DNA of 64,000 nucleotides from Mytilus californianus (GCF_021869535.1 NW_026262712.1:78988001-79052000); one strand, 5' to 3'. Shown: positions 48,837 to 61,600, counted from the stretch's first letter. Numbers and translations are program-made. The notes: generated by a model from the letters alone, not told the origin.

Positions 48837-50465
48837 ATAAAATTGAGAATGGAAATGGGGAATATGTCAAAGAGACAACAACCCGACCAAAGAGCAGACA
48901 ACAGCCGAAGGCCATCAATGGGTCTTCAACGCAGCGAGAAAATCCCGCACCCGGAGGTGGTCCTCAGCTGGCCCCTAAATTAAATTGTGTACTAGTTCAG
49001 TGAAAATGGACGTCACACTAAACTCCAAAATATATATAACTAAAATTAAAAGACATACAAGACTAACAAAGGCCAGAGGCTACTGACTTAAGACAGGCGC
49101 AAAAATGCGGCGGGGTTAAACATGTTTTATGAGATCTCAACCCTCCCCCTATACCTCTAGCCAATGTAGAATAAAGAAACACATAGCAATACGCACAGTA
49201 AAACTCAGTTCAAAAGAAGTCCGAGTCCGATGTCAGAATAGGTAACAAAAGAAACTAAGCAAAATGAAAATGATACATAAATGAACAAAGGACTACTAGC
49301 AGTTACTGACATGCCAGCTCCAGACCTCAATTAAACTGATTGAAAGATTATGTCTTCATCATATGAAAATCAAGTACAATCCCTCCCGTTAGGGGTTTAG
49401 TATCATACCATCATAAAATATATGAGAAGAACATAACCCGTATCATGCCAACAACTGGTTTTAGAATAAATGTGTTTATTTCCGATGCAAAGACCCTATG
49501 AGTGAATCAATATTAATACCAAAATATTCAATCCTTAATGTCTTGACAACAGTATCGTAACTATATCCTTTCCGAATAAGTCTGTTTAAAGGTTTGGTTA
49601 GCTTTTGAAGTGAATGCCGACATTTTTTTGCTTTGTAAAGAATATTACCATAAAATATTGGATGTAAAATACCTGAACGCATAAGATGTTTGCATGTTGA
49701 TTTATATTTACGAATGATGTCATTGTACCGATGATAAAATTTAGTAAATGTTTTGACTAGTTTGTGATATCGAAAACCCTGGTGTAATAGTTTTTCAGTA
49801 ATACAGAGATTTATTTCGTTGAAATCAAATACGCTGTTACATACACGTGCTAATCGAACGAGTTGAGATATATAAACACCCTAAGATGGCGACAAGGGAA
49901 CGTCACCATCTAAAAATGGATAATTAAAAATAGGAAATGAACAATCATCTCTTTTATCATAAATTTTGGTATTAAGCTTCCCGTTAAAGATAAAGATATC
50001 AAGATCCAGGAAAGGGCAGTGTTCATTGTTAGTATTAGCTTTATTTAAAGTCAGTTCGGCAGGATAAATCTCTTTAGTGTACATACTGAAGTCGTCATTA
50101 TTGAGAGCCAATATATCATCTAAATATCTAAAAGTGTTATTAAATTATTGATTCAAATGTTGTTTCGATGGGTCTTTGCTGATTTTAGTCATAAATTGTA
50201 ACTCATAACAATACAGAAACAGGTCCGCAATCAGTGGTGCACAATTATTCCCCATGGGAATTCCGATAACCTGACGATATACGGAATCTCCATTGCGAAC
50301 AAAAATGTTATCTAGTAAAAATTCAAGGGCAGTTATAGTATCAAAGCAGGTCCAATTGGCATAGTTCTTTTGTTTGTTGTTACTAAAAAATGACCTAAAA
50401 GAGTTTGAACATATATATTTGCATTCCGACTTTTTAAATGCCCATTTAATCAAATGTGTACAGGA
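48837..50465 (-). mobile_element. 5'-truncated Penelope-like retroelement, family 1 (C-terminal RT, Naiad-like), with twister module in the 3' UTR
   Basis: One frame reads ...YRQVIGIPMGNNCAPLIADLFLYCYE...FRYLDDILALN...CPFLDLDI...KIYDKRDD...GVYISQL...KLLHQGFRYHKLVKTFTKFYHRY...SLHRK* (ends 49476), with in-frame TAA (50145) and TAG (49881). No GIY-YIG follows the RT. The 3' UTR is about 640 nt. Confidence 0.9.
49071..49162 (-). ncRNA. Type P5 twister-like ribozyme in the PLE family 1 3' UTR (slightly decayed)
   Basis: P5 GGCUAGAGGU/GCCUCUGGCC (10 bp), P2 CCCC/GGGG, GA-GGG, UAA, GCC-GCAUUUUUGC-G, P4 CCUG/CAGU, L4 UCUUAAGU. Predicted cut 49118/49117. Confidence 0.75.
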
Positions 50466-52892
50466 AAGTTGTTTCATGATGCTAAATAAACAACTACATA
50501 TGACATTGCAACCTTATTCTATTATGTATTCACATATAATACGAAGATCCCTATTGATTGTCAGGTCAATAACGTGAAGGACAAGGTCAAAGTTACTAAG
50601 AAAAGACCGAAACTCGTGTTGAAAAATGGTTTCTAGGCGCTAAATCAAATATGATATATAGAATTGCAAACTAACTTGAACATATGGCCACATTATGACA
50701 GTACAACCCCTATTGGTTTGCAGGTAACTTTGTCCAAGATCAAGGTCATCGTAACTAACAATAGACCGCAATTTATGCAAAAGACTGCTGAATCAAATTA
50801 TTGCAAATGTGATTATATCTTTACGTTGATATATGATCACATATAGTGAAAAGGAGATCCCTATTAAATTATGAGGTCACTGTGTTCAAGGTTAGTGTCC
50901 CTTATAATGAAAAGAGACCGAAACCTGTTCAAAAAATTGTTTTCAGGGTGCATTATCAAATACAACATACTGCAATTCCAATCTTAGATAACTGTAGATA
51001 CATGTTCACATATAACGAGAGGAAACCTAGTTGATTTTGATGTTACTCGGTCTAGAAAAAAATTTGTGTAAGACATTATTACTGGCTAAAATCATAACAG
51101 AAACAGTAAACAGTAAAAAGTGTCATCAATTCACTATGAGCTGTTTCTTTTCATGTGAGAGCCGAGGGAAAAGTTGAATGATGACATTTGATCATAGTGT
51201 AAAAATATGTTTTATATTGAAGATTCCTCAATCTGCTTTACATTTTCAATTTGTATATCCAAGAGCATTTTTATTTTCTTTAACCGAAAATTAAGTTTAA
51301 CTCTATTTTCGTGCGCATGATAAGTATTTCCCGAAAACAATTACTATGTACCATGACATATGTAGGCATAGAACAGAACAGCCAATGAAACGCATGTAAG
51401 GTCTAGCTTCCCTAATGGACTTTTGCTCATCTACGCGATTTATAACTTTGAAAGCGTCATGCAAAATGTATAAGGATATTTGTAAATCAAACTTTGATAT
51501 CTAACTGAAAAGTAAAATAACAAAAATAACGAACTCCAAGGAAAATTCAAAACGGAAAGTCCCTTATCAAATGGCAAAATCAAAATCTTAAACACATCAA
51601 ACAAATGTAAAACAACTGTCATGTTCCCGACTTGATACGGGTACTTTATAGAATGTCATCCGTAATTATTTAATATTGCATAATAAAGGCAACATTGTCT
51701 TTTAGAAATGTAAAATCTAATATTATCGCTGTTAACAATATCATTGATTATCAGCATAATATTTCCTAAAGAACGTAACGAAAAGTTAGAGTGTAATATT
51801 CTATAATATTCCTCTCGTGCAAAAATAGCTTCAGTTTGTCAGTTTCAGATATATGTTTTGATAATCAGTCACAAAAGTATTAATTTTTTTTATTTTAAAC
51901 AGTTTTTCACGCTTTGCTTGCTAGCTCGTGCAATATACAAATCATATGTTACCATTTTCTATGCGATGTTTATGTCACGTTTGTGTGGGGGAAACTTTTT
52001 GTTATTAAACTTTATATCAAACAAGGAAATGTTGGCATACGCTAATGATACATGCATACAAATCGCAAAGACGATAAAAATTAAAAGGAGAACGTGATAA
52101 ACAGCCAGCAAACCATTTGGCATGATCCAAATAGCTCTGTTCGAGGCAATTAGTAATTCAATGAAACAAAAAAGGGTCTAGCATATACCCCAAATATTCA
52201 AACGACAACACAACAAATCGAAAAAAAAAGCTATGACAACTACTGACAGTTTACCTTACCCGGACTAAGGATGTATGTACTTAGTTTTGAGTTCTCTCTC
52301 CTTCTCATTTAATCTTAATCAATGGAATAACTATAAGAAGACAGAATACGATGGATGCTCACTAGATGTCTTACATTGATTTCTTTTGATGTTGTCATTC
52401 TTTTATAAATTTGATATACCAGTTGTGGTTGTAGAACTGTTATGTAGTTTCCCAGTATAATAAGACATTACATACGATGGCCTATAATTGCTAACTACCA
52501 CTTCATTTTAAATCTTGTGGATAGTTGTCTCATTGGCAATCATACCACATGTCCTCATTTTAATATTAAAATACAACAAGAACTTGTTTAATCGACAAAA
52601 TTGATATTGGAATTTTTTTGCGTACTCCCACATAAAGGTTTAAAGAAATATATATCAAATTTCAAATTATATTGCTATAACTCATACTTCAAATATACTC
52701 AAAAACAAATAGTATACGTTATCATATCCTAAATATAAGCTTGTATTTACATATGTAGGCGACGGTTTATCAGTTCGTCAACATATGTACTACTGACATT
52801 TCTGTTTTAGATAGTCCATATTATATTACACATATTCATTTAATTTATCAATAGATTTTTATTTGTATAATTGTTTTGAAAGGATTGAACAT

Positions 52893-53040
52893 TTTTTGGA
52901 ATTTTGGGTCCTCAATGCTCTTCATCTTTGTACTTTTTTGGCTTTATTACTATTTTGATCTGAGCGTCACTGATGAGTCTTATGTAGACGAAACGCGCGT
53001 CTGGCGTAATAAATTATAAGGCTGGTACCTTTGATAACTA
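52893..53040 (+). mobile_element. Hammerhead-bearing retrozyme-like repeat
   Basis: Reverse complement of the 29.7 kb element; contains the intact HHR. Confidence 0.75.
52965..53006 (+). ncRNA. Minimal type I hammerhead ribozyme, intact
   Basis: CGUCA-CUGAUGA-GUCU(UAUGU)AGAC-GAAA-CGCGCG-UC^-UGGCG. Stem I CGUCA/UGGCG, palindromic stem III ACGCGCGU, GUC cleavage after 53001. Confidence 0.9.
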
Positions 53041-53574
53041 TTTACTATTTCTTGGATATGAGGAACCAGATAATGCCTCTTATAATCCCTCCTCTTTAAG
53101 TTTGCCAAAATAATTTAGATTAAAAATAACTGAACTGCTAACATTACATATTAGGAAAAAAACAGTTAGTATACCATATCTGTGGCATCTGTGCTTGAAA
53201 TTTGATATCCATTAATTGTGAAGATCTCAACTGAGAATCGAAAAAGATATATTTAGCATTTGTTCTTCAAGAAATATAATTTGTAGCAAAGAACTTTAAT
53301 GTATGTAGTACACGAAAAATGTGCCATATAATGCATGTTTCTCTTCGTTTTGCGGAAATGTAAAGCAATTGTAATAAAATACAAGGTCATCCATTTGCGG
53401 AATGGGTAGTGTAACTTTTGCGGAACAGTAATGCTGACTGTGGACACTGTTCTAAGTATTTAGTTTTAAATGACATGTTATTGGTATTAAAATTTCAGTT
53501 TTATGTATATAAAGTGTATATGGGGTAAATTGATTCATTGGTTCAGTAAAAATTTGTGAAAAAAAGATACCTAC

Positions 53575-54030
53575 GGTGAAATTAAAAGTCACAAGTCGAA
53601 GAAAAACCAAGGCAAAAAATTAAAAACAGCGAGAAGGCAAACAGAATACTACAAAACACTTCACAAAACATTTAAATACTAGACAACACGAACCCCCAAG
53701 GAGTGATTTAAAGGAGTAAGTAAAGCCTGCTTCACTGGTTGCACCCGTCGTTTACTTACGGAAATAAAATTCAGTGATTGGTTTAATCGAATTCGTTGAT
53801 GTCCAAATTCAGGAAAAGAGGAAGGGATTGTGTCTACAACAAACGGAACAGATATTCAGTAATGGCCAACCAAATGATAATGGCCTCCGTAAAACTTTCG
53901 AAGGGATGACCTCTACTTTTCCATTAGAAACTCTTGTAACAATAGCTTCCTTTTCAGCAGAAAAATCCTAAAAGGAAACGAAAATCCTAGCTATGTAAAT
54001 CATGGCATCAACTGAGAAACATATTCTATA
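53575..54030 (-). mobile_element. PLE family 3 3' end: decayed RT C-terminus plus 3' UTR with structured module
   Basis: Minus-strand translation YVSQL...LLKRKLLLQEFLMEK*RSSLRKFYGGHYHLVGHY*ISV (about 54025-53850) is homologous to the other RT C-termini; structured module at 53684-53753. Confidence 0.7.
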
Positions 54031-55779
54031 TTCAAGTGAACATCGAGTGACAAAAGTGTCAAAAAAACAACATAGCCATAACAAATTCAAATATTTTCAC
54101 TTTATGTCATCAATAGACCAAAATATATGCAGAGATATAACGCCAGATAAATCTTAAGATAAATAACGGTTCCTTATTTAAAATTTCAAAAAATGTACAA
54201 AAATTATGAAAAACAGAAGCAGTAGAGTATTTTTGAGTGGACTGAAACAATAAGTGTTTGAAGACGGTGATAATTTCACACACGTGGAAGAAGAATGGAA
54301 AACAGATACCAGGATCCTAAACATTGGTCGTTTGAATGATTTTTAAAGTAATCTAACATGCTTCCCGTATTTTAATTAAAATTCCAACACGCTGACAGAT
54401 GAAAGAATTCTATGAATCCCAGGCGTACACAGAATGTTATTTGGCACACATTGTAAAAGGAAAAGTTCCAGTGTGTTATTCCTTTAAAAATAAACCGGAT
54501 AATTCAAATAAGATATGATCCGTCTGAAGAGAGATGTTATCTTACAAAACGACAAAACCAATTAAACATACATGGTGATTAGTAACTTAAATACTTTTTT
54601 TAATCTCCTTTGATATTTGTATGTAACAGGAGCAGTGTTAAATTAATTTAATTGTTTGATATGCATTTACGTCGTGGGCATTATATGTTTATTTTTTAAA
54701 GGATGTATCTTTAAAATCTTTAAAATAGGGAAATCACTTCAAATATTATCACTGCAATGTTTTTTTTCCCAACTGTATATGTACAGAAGTGAATGTATCA
54801 ATGGCTACTCGATCGAATGCATATACCATTAGATATCACTATATCGATGATCTACATGTATAATTGTTTAGAGTTCATGCAAAGTGTTTTTTTCATGTTT
54901 AACTGGATATAAAAATTGAAGTGACATAAGTAAAATACAAATTGCGCCTATTTGTGTTCATATTAATAAATCCTCAACAACACATCTTTGGTATCAGCAA
55001 TGAAACCGTTCGTTGGAATTCATGCGGGAATATATCCCAGCTAGCGAAGTTGAAGTGTCAAAAAAGCTAATGAACTCATGAGTATATACAAACAAAATTC
55101 CTCTTCTCATGATATAGTATCAAAGCATTTTGAATCTAACCTGTTACTTATGTATGTCTTCTTCTCAACATAAGACATTTTAAAAGAATTATTTCAACTT
55201 TGATCCATCAAAATGGCCAATGTAGAGGCAAATATGTTGTTTTAGGAGGAGATAATATTTTGTGTTTGTTTACATGTAACAACTCTAATTTCTAACAAAA
55301 CATTCCTTGAAAAACAAAATAAAATCGAGCTTCTAAATGGCTTTTTTTCATTTATATTCACCAGAAACGCTTTAATCTTAACATGTCATGGATGTATAAA
55401 TACGTGGAAACTTTAGGAGCTTCATGTATATGATCAGAAAGGGCATAAAAAGAATAACCAAATTCATTAAAGGTTAACATTGCCTGATGGTGTTTAGTTA
55501 GAACATTAGTTTTTTACTATTTTTTTAGTTAATCACATGAATCATGTCAGTTGAGCAATATCGGGAACTTATCGTCCATCAGCAGTCGTATGGTCTCAGT
55601 TCTAGTAAATGAATAGATTTTATGTATTAACTGTCCAAATTTGAGCGCCCAACGCGATTTTTAAAAGAAACATATACGAAATGACCAATTTCATAAAAGT
55701 TCAAGGGTGTTGGAACCTTATTTTCTTACTAATATCTAAATCTAACAACATGAAACCGACATATTCAATATACCTGATT

Positions 55780-56110
55780 TTTTTTCACAACATTTATTTT
55801 GTTTGGAAAATGTGTTTTAGGCAGGTAGTCGGCATTCCATCGATAATCAATGGGTCATTTTCTCGCCGAAATGTTCTTTCAGTTTGCGATGCAGACTTCT
55901 CACATGAACCTTTGAAGATAAATGAGAATAACCAAGGCTTTGACTTGTTTTACACTTTGTCATGTCGGGGTCTTTCATTGCTTTCTATGTTGTATTTTTT
56001 GCTCATTGTTGAAGGGCGTACGATGACCAATAGTTGCTAACATCTATGTCATTTGGTCTTTTGAGGTTATTTGTCTTGTTTGCAATCATACAACATCTCC
56101 TTCTTTTTCA
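55780..56110 (+). mobile_element. PLE RT motif fragment fused to the family 4 3' end
   Basis: NIYFVWKMCFRQVVGIP resembles DNIFVRNGDSVYRQVIGIP at 50.3 kb, directly followed by the gttgaaggg...caatcatacaacatctc terminus. Confidence 0.6.
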
Positions 56111-56802
56111 ACCATCTCCTTTAATTTCATGTTCCCCCTTGTGGAGATGATATCCTTCCAATGTAGCTAACTGTGTAGTGTAAACTTATTATGGATTCTC
56201 ATAAAAAAAATAGCGCAACCATTATTGAAAAATTATTTTGTTTCTATAAATTTTTGCATCATTGCATAAACCATGTCTTCAGTAATGACTCTCTTTAAAG
56301 CCGTACTAGACGTAAAAGTGTGTTTTCCTCATGTAAGAAAGGTAGATTGATTTATGAAAGTGTGTTTTTGCCACTATTGTTATAATTTTACCAGTTCGTG
56401 ACATCAAACATGTCTGTGAATTATTTTACATAACTGATATGTCTACCGAATTATTATATACCTAATGTGACCTCAGTTGCAGATAATATTAAAAATTGAA
56501 AGTCTTGGAGTCAGCTGATAATATTTATCAGCTCAACGGAAAAAAAAAGAAAAGGGAACGATACGTCTGGGATCTTGGCCCTACTTCTTTTCGTCAGTTA
56601 GTCTACTGTCGAGTAGTAAGTTAGGATCCCAGGCTAGGGGAACAATCTCCTTAATATACCATTATAACATATAAAAATGATGAGATGCGGTGTGATTTTC
56701 TCAGCTATCCACCAAAGGACTAGAATCGAAACGAAATAAATATGTTTATACAATTAATAATGAATGTAACTGACTTAATAACATACCGGTATCAACTTTA
56801 CT

Positions 56803-56846
56803 GCATCAGATGCGCATTTCGACAATTAATGTTTCGTCAGTGATGC
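56803..56846 (-). ncRNA. Type I hammerhead, second sequence family, one stem II closing mismatch
   Basis: GCAUCA-CUGACGA-AACA(UUAAU)UGUC-GAAA-UGCGCA-UC^-UGAUGC; palindromic stem III AUGCGCAU. Confidence 0.7.
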
Positions 56847-57743
56847 TCGAGTTTTTCTTCATTGATGCTCACGACAAAAAAAATTGTAAATGTTGACACC
56901 TGGAAGGAGGATATCACGTCATGGAAATTATAAAAATGCTGTTTTCAATTTGAACTACCTTACATTATCATAAATATAAAACATAACAGTAAAATTAATA
57001 ATTCATACTGAACTTGTAAACTTTTTTGGCTTATCAATTGTCTTTTATAGTGTCTGACATATGACATAACAACTCGATAGAAAAAAGTTACAAAACATTG
57101 TCGAGTACGTTATTATCAAGAGGTTCTTAAAGAGTGTAGTTATACGTCGGTATATGAATAGATTTAGATCAAGAAATTGGTTGACTAACATTAATCGTTC
57201 TATCAATAAACGTTATAAATGAAAAAGTATGGTTCCATTTCCGACCGTGCAAGACCCTCAAGGTCGTTAACCCCTCCCCCTCGTCGTATGGTTTCATTGC
57301 AGAAGTATATTTTTACTAAACGAGCTAATTTTTTGAAACATATAGGTTTCATATTGATTATATACTTTTTGGCACGTTACATTTAATTTTAGCTGTTTTG
57401 TAGCACATGGACCACTTTAAAAGCGCATTGCAATGCATAGTACTAGTAGTTTGCATGTATAAACAGCCAGTCGTTGTGCTGAAATAGATAAACGCAAATC
57501 AAATGCGACGACAGTGTAGACATCTCCTCCTATACATGCAACAATTGTCATACGATTTGTTATATTCAGCAACAATTTTTAAAGATAGGACTATGACAGA
57601 AGCGGTTATAATTTCATAAAAGAAAGAAGGACGCTTGATGTCTTTAATAAATGAGTTACAATGAGTGTAGTATTATTGTGAAAGTGTTACACTCTAACCA
57701 TATACTAAGTATTGATAGTAACAGGGAAATATTAATATGTGTC

Positions 57744-58647
57744 TGTTCCGGACCATATGAGTATTTGGATCATATGCGTATGTTCCGGGTAATTAATACG
57801 ACGAGCTTTGAACAGTAATTGCATAAGTCATATCCCTTGAAGGTGTTAAAGATTAAGAGTTTCAAAAAATGAAATTTTGACTTAGATAATATATAATTAG
57901 GTGATCATTGTAACGTGATTAATGGAATAAAATGAATTTTACTCAGAAGTTAAAGTTACAGTACATTGTAGTAGAAGCATTTTTGCATGGTCATTATTAA
58001 TGCATCTTTACGAAACACGTTAAGCAAGAAGCCAACTGTTTTACACATTAGCAATTGGAGCATTGAACCCCCCATTTTCCCTATTTTGGTGCTTCAATTT
58101 GTAAATTAAGATTTCTTAAACATTTCAAATTATTTTCAGTTATTTAACTTGTCCATGCTCCTCTTTATACGATTTACAATTGCAGCCGTTTATACGTGCT
58201 GCCCCTCTATTCTTATGTAGAAACCACTGTTATTGTAAGATCATATGAATAAGAGTATGAACACATCAGTTAAGTGAAAATAAGTGGAAATTAGAAGAAA
58301 TATTAAGGAAAATCTACTCTAAACGCTGGGAAAGAAAAAAAAATGTCTATAACCCCAAATACCTGTGGTTTCACGTACAGACGAAACTGTCGACAGCATA
58401 AAGGTGCTTAAAATTGACTCTAGATACCGAGGGCAAGATGACAAATATACCAAGATTCAGACAATATGTAATAAAGATAAAGGATTTCAGTTAATAACTT
58501 GTGCCGTTTTTGGTTCAGAGAACGAGCTGTGTCTGTTAAGGAAGTTTGAATGTATTCGAAAAATACCTAAATGGTCTAAATACTCATATGGTCTGACCCG
58601 TTAAAACCAAACGAGTATATACTCATATGGTCATATGGTCAGAAACA
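57744..58647. mobile_element. MITE with TGT...ACA termini and 4-bp TSD (Ginger-like)
   Basis: Left tgttccggaccatatgagta, right tactcatatggtcatatggtcagaaaca; flanked on both sides by TGTC. Confidence 0.65.
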
Positions 58648-61600
58648 TGTCTTTCATCCTTAAAAACTAAGTATTTTTTATGGTTAATTTTGATAAAGGA
58701 AATGTGGGGTATAGGTCAATGTGACAGCAATCATATGACAAAAATAACCAAAACATATATGGAGGACAACACACAGTACTTCACCGATGAACAGCTCACA
58801 CAATATTTCAAGCTCTAAATCGTCATGATTATATATCTCCAAATTTCAAACAACATTAAGATATGACATGCGACAAACTACTGAAGCGGTTCCTGACTTG
58901 GGATGGTGACATTTGCATTTCAGGGACGATTCAAGATCGATAGCACCAAAAAAGGCAAGTAGAAATGTCGTACTAAGCATACACAGCTAGTTTTAAATAT
59001 TAACTACAAAGTGTTGAAAATGGAAATTTTACTGAAAATCCAACAATGTAGAGATAGTGAACTTGTATACAATCGTTGGGGGATACATCATTTTCCACCC
59101 TGTCTCTTGAAAGCAATCTCTAGTTTAATTGATCGATTCGAGATCGTGATAGAGAAGTTCTCTTTTTAGTCTACAAACATAATTGCAATCAATAACATGT
59201 ATATTCTGTTGCTAGAAATTGTACGACGGCAAGTTATTTTAATGTTAGATGTTTAGGAAGCCTAGTACTCAGTGTATATACGTTTTTGAAACCCTTTGAA
59301 TCAATGCTCTTATTGCACGCATCAATAAGAAATATTGAGTGAAAAGAAGCTGTGATAAAGGATCAAAATAAAACTATACCAATACAGATACAATGAGGTA
59401 AAGTGTGATATTCGAAATTTATAACTATGAACATCTTTACAATTCCTGGACATCTACCGTGCGCAGTTGCTGATTGAACTTTTCACAGTGCAGTTATTAT
59501 TTACTATTTTCTTATTTATGTTCGACCTCCAATTGTTTATATGTTTTAATTTTGTTTAATACTATCTGTGTTTTATAAATGAAAACAATCGAAAATATAT
59601 TTGTTATTTTGAACCAAAAGACACAGTTTTGCAATTTGTCTGTTCATGAGATGCAAAAGAAATGTATACATCAAAGTATTTATCATTATTACCAATAGAT
59701 GTGTATACTATTTTTAACCAATGGTTTACTCAACCCCAAAAATTGATTTTAATTCTGGTGCATTCTACGACTAAGTAAAATTTAGTATGATAAAGAATAA
59801 AATTTCATCTTCTTCCGTATAAATTATGTGACAAACTGGCTATTTCAAATGCCATTACGAACAATGCTTGATTGTTCTGATATTAGGAGCAAAATGCTAC
59901 TATGTGATTGAAACATAACACGAATAGATCGTGTATTTGAAACTTATTTAAAAACCATCCTTTATCTGTTTTTGACAAGTAGATGTAAACCGGATTATTG
60001 TGTACTCGTGTAAGAACCCCCATTTGTAACCTAATAATAAAAATAGTCCGCGTCCTTAGCATTAGCAACTAAAACTTTTGCCACATAATGAATTGCTGTT
60101 TATTCGTATTTCATTCATTTAGCACAATGACTATTTAAAATTAATAAGATACCATGAGGACAAACAACACCATAGCATTATACATGTAATAAGATAATCA
60201 ATCAATTTCATGGTCTAATGAAAATAAATGAACAGACAAACATCAGGTTACAAAACGCTACACAGGAAAATTGATGGAGTAACTCGAACCCAACAAAAAA
60301 AAAATCTGTTCCGGAAGGGTAATCAGTTACTGCTCAACTCGTTGCATCGTCCTAATCGTCACTGATGTCATAATCGTGGTTACAATATATGGTGCACATC
60401 CGAATTATTTGTGACACACCATGCCATGATGGTCAATAAAATTCGAAGAGATAACTTCAATTTAACGTTTTCAAACCATTGGTTCAATAGCTTCCTTGCA
60501 AACTGCAACACTCTATCGAGGACATTATTTTTCGGTAACGCCAACCTTGAAATATATCTATCAACTTGGTGGTATATACTCTATTTTCAGGTATAATGTT
60601 GAAATTTTGATACATAAAAGTGTAAGGGAGTTCAAGGTTACACAATGTAAAACATTTAAGGTATCTATAGTGTTACAAACCTGGATTTGGCCGAGTGCAT
60701 GAGTGGTTGAAAGGCAAACTTTCTGACAGTTCAAACATACCTACTACGGACCCTTCAACGGGTTCTATAGCATTCAGCATTTATTTCCAGTAAAGGACAT
60801 CAAATTTAGATTTCGTAACCCGACTGAGCATGACTGAGTGTTTATACATCCTTGACAACCGAAACTTACGATGTTTCAGTAAATTGGTCTAGAAATCCAG
60901 GCAATCATAATTATCTCAGTATCATACTCTGTACCTCAATAAGAAAGCTATATATTACATTTTTGTAAATAATGAAACAATATTAAGAAGTCAACATATT
61001 TACCGTCAACAAAAGTAAATAACTTTAAGAGTCTTTAACACATGTATAAATATAGATTTGGGGTATATAAAATGAGACACTAACCTAACAAGAAAAACAC
61101 CCAAAATATATGTGTCTGCCATTTGAAACGTTATGAGTTCGTAAAATAAATTGTCTATTATTATCATGTAAAATCTAAATAATACTAAATATTATAAGTC
61201 AGTGGGTTGTTTATCTAATATATGCAATAGGGAATATTTTATTGTGATGTAATGGTCAATAAATCATGTACACCATATCAAATTCCTTTCGTGAAAAATG
61301 ATTTTGTCTAACTAAACAGTAAATGAATTTTAAATAAGTAATAACTCAACAGTCAATATTTTGTAACATACCGGAATATAGTGAATTTATGATAGTAATA
61401 GATATTTGGAAAGTCCATGCATATGAATTTGTAATGGAACGAATGCTCTCATTAGTTGTTCATACAAATAAAATCCAAATTAGTTTTATTCCTGTGTGTA
61501 TTCACTCAGTGATTTATTCATTCAAGGGTGTATCTATACTATCACTTGGAATTATTTTAGATATTAAATTGGTCAGTTTAATATACATTGTGCATAATTA

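Larger units (their letters stand above)
48676..51030 (+). mobile_element. HINE-like element with about 155-bp internal tandem units, split by the family 1 PLE
   Basis: Left end gggtatatagtttttgatccgtgtttcagtcagtccgtc; units containing catataa..ga(g/a)gatccctatt..aggtca..caaggtca recur at about 48815, 50535, 50700, 50850 and 51010. Confidence 0.5.

Noticed and set aside
49476-50477. Selenocysteine recoding in the PLE RT (reported for some clam and spider Naiads)
   Set aside because: The in-frame stops are TAA (50145) and TAG (49881), not TGA, and replace expected Lys/Tyr-type codons; these are ordinary nonsense mutations.
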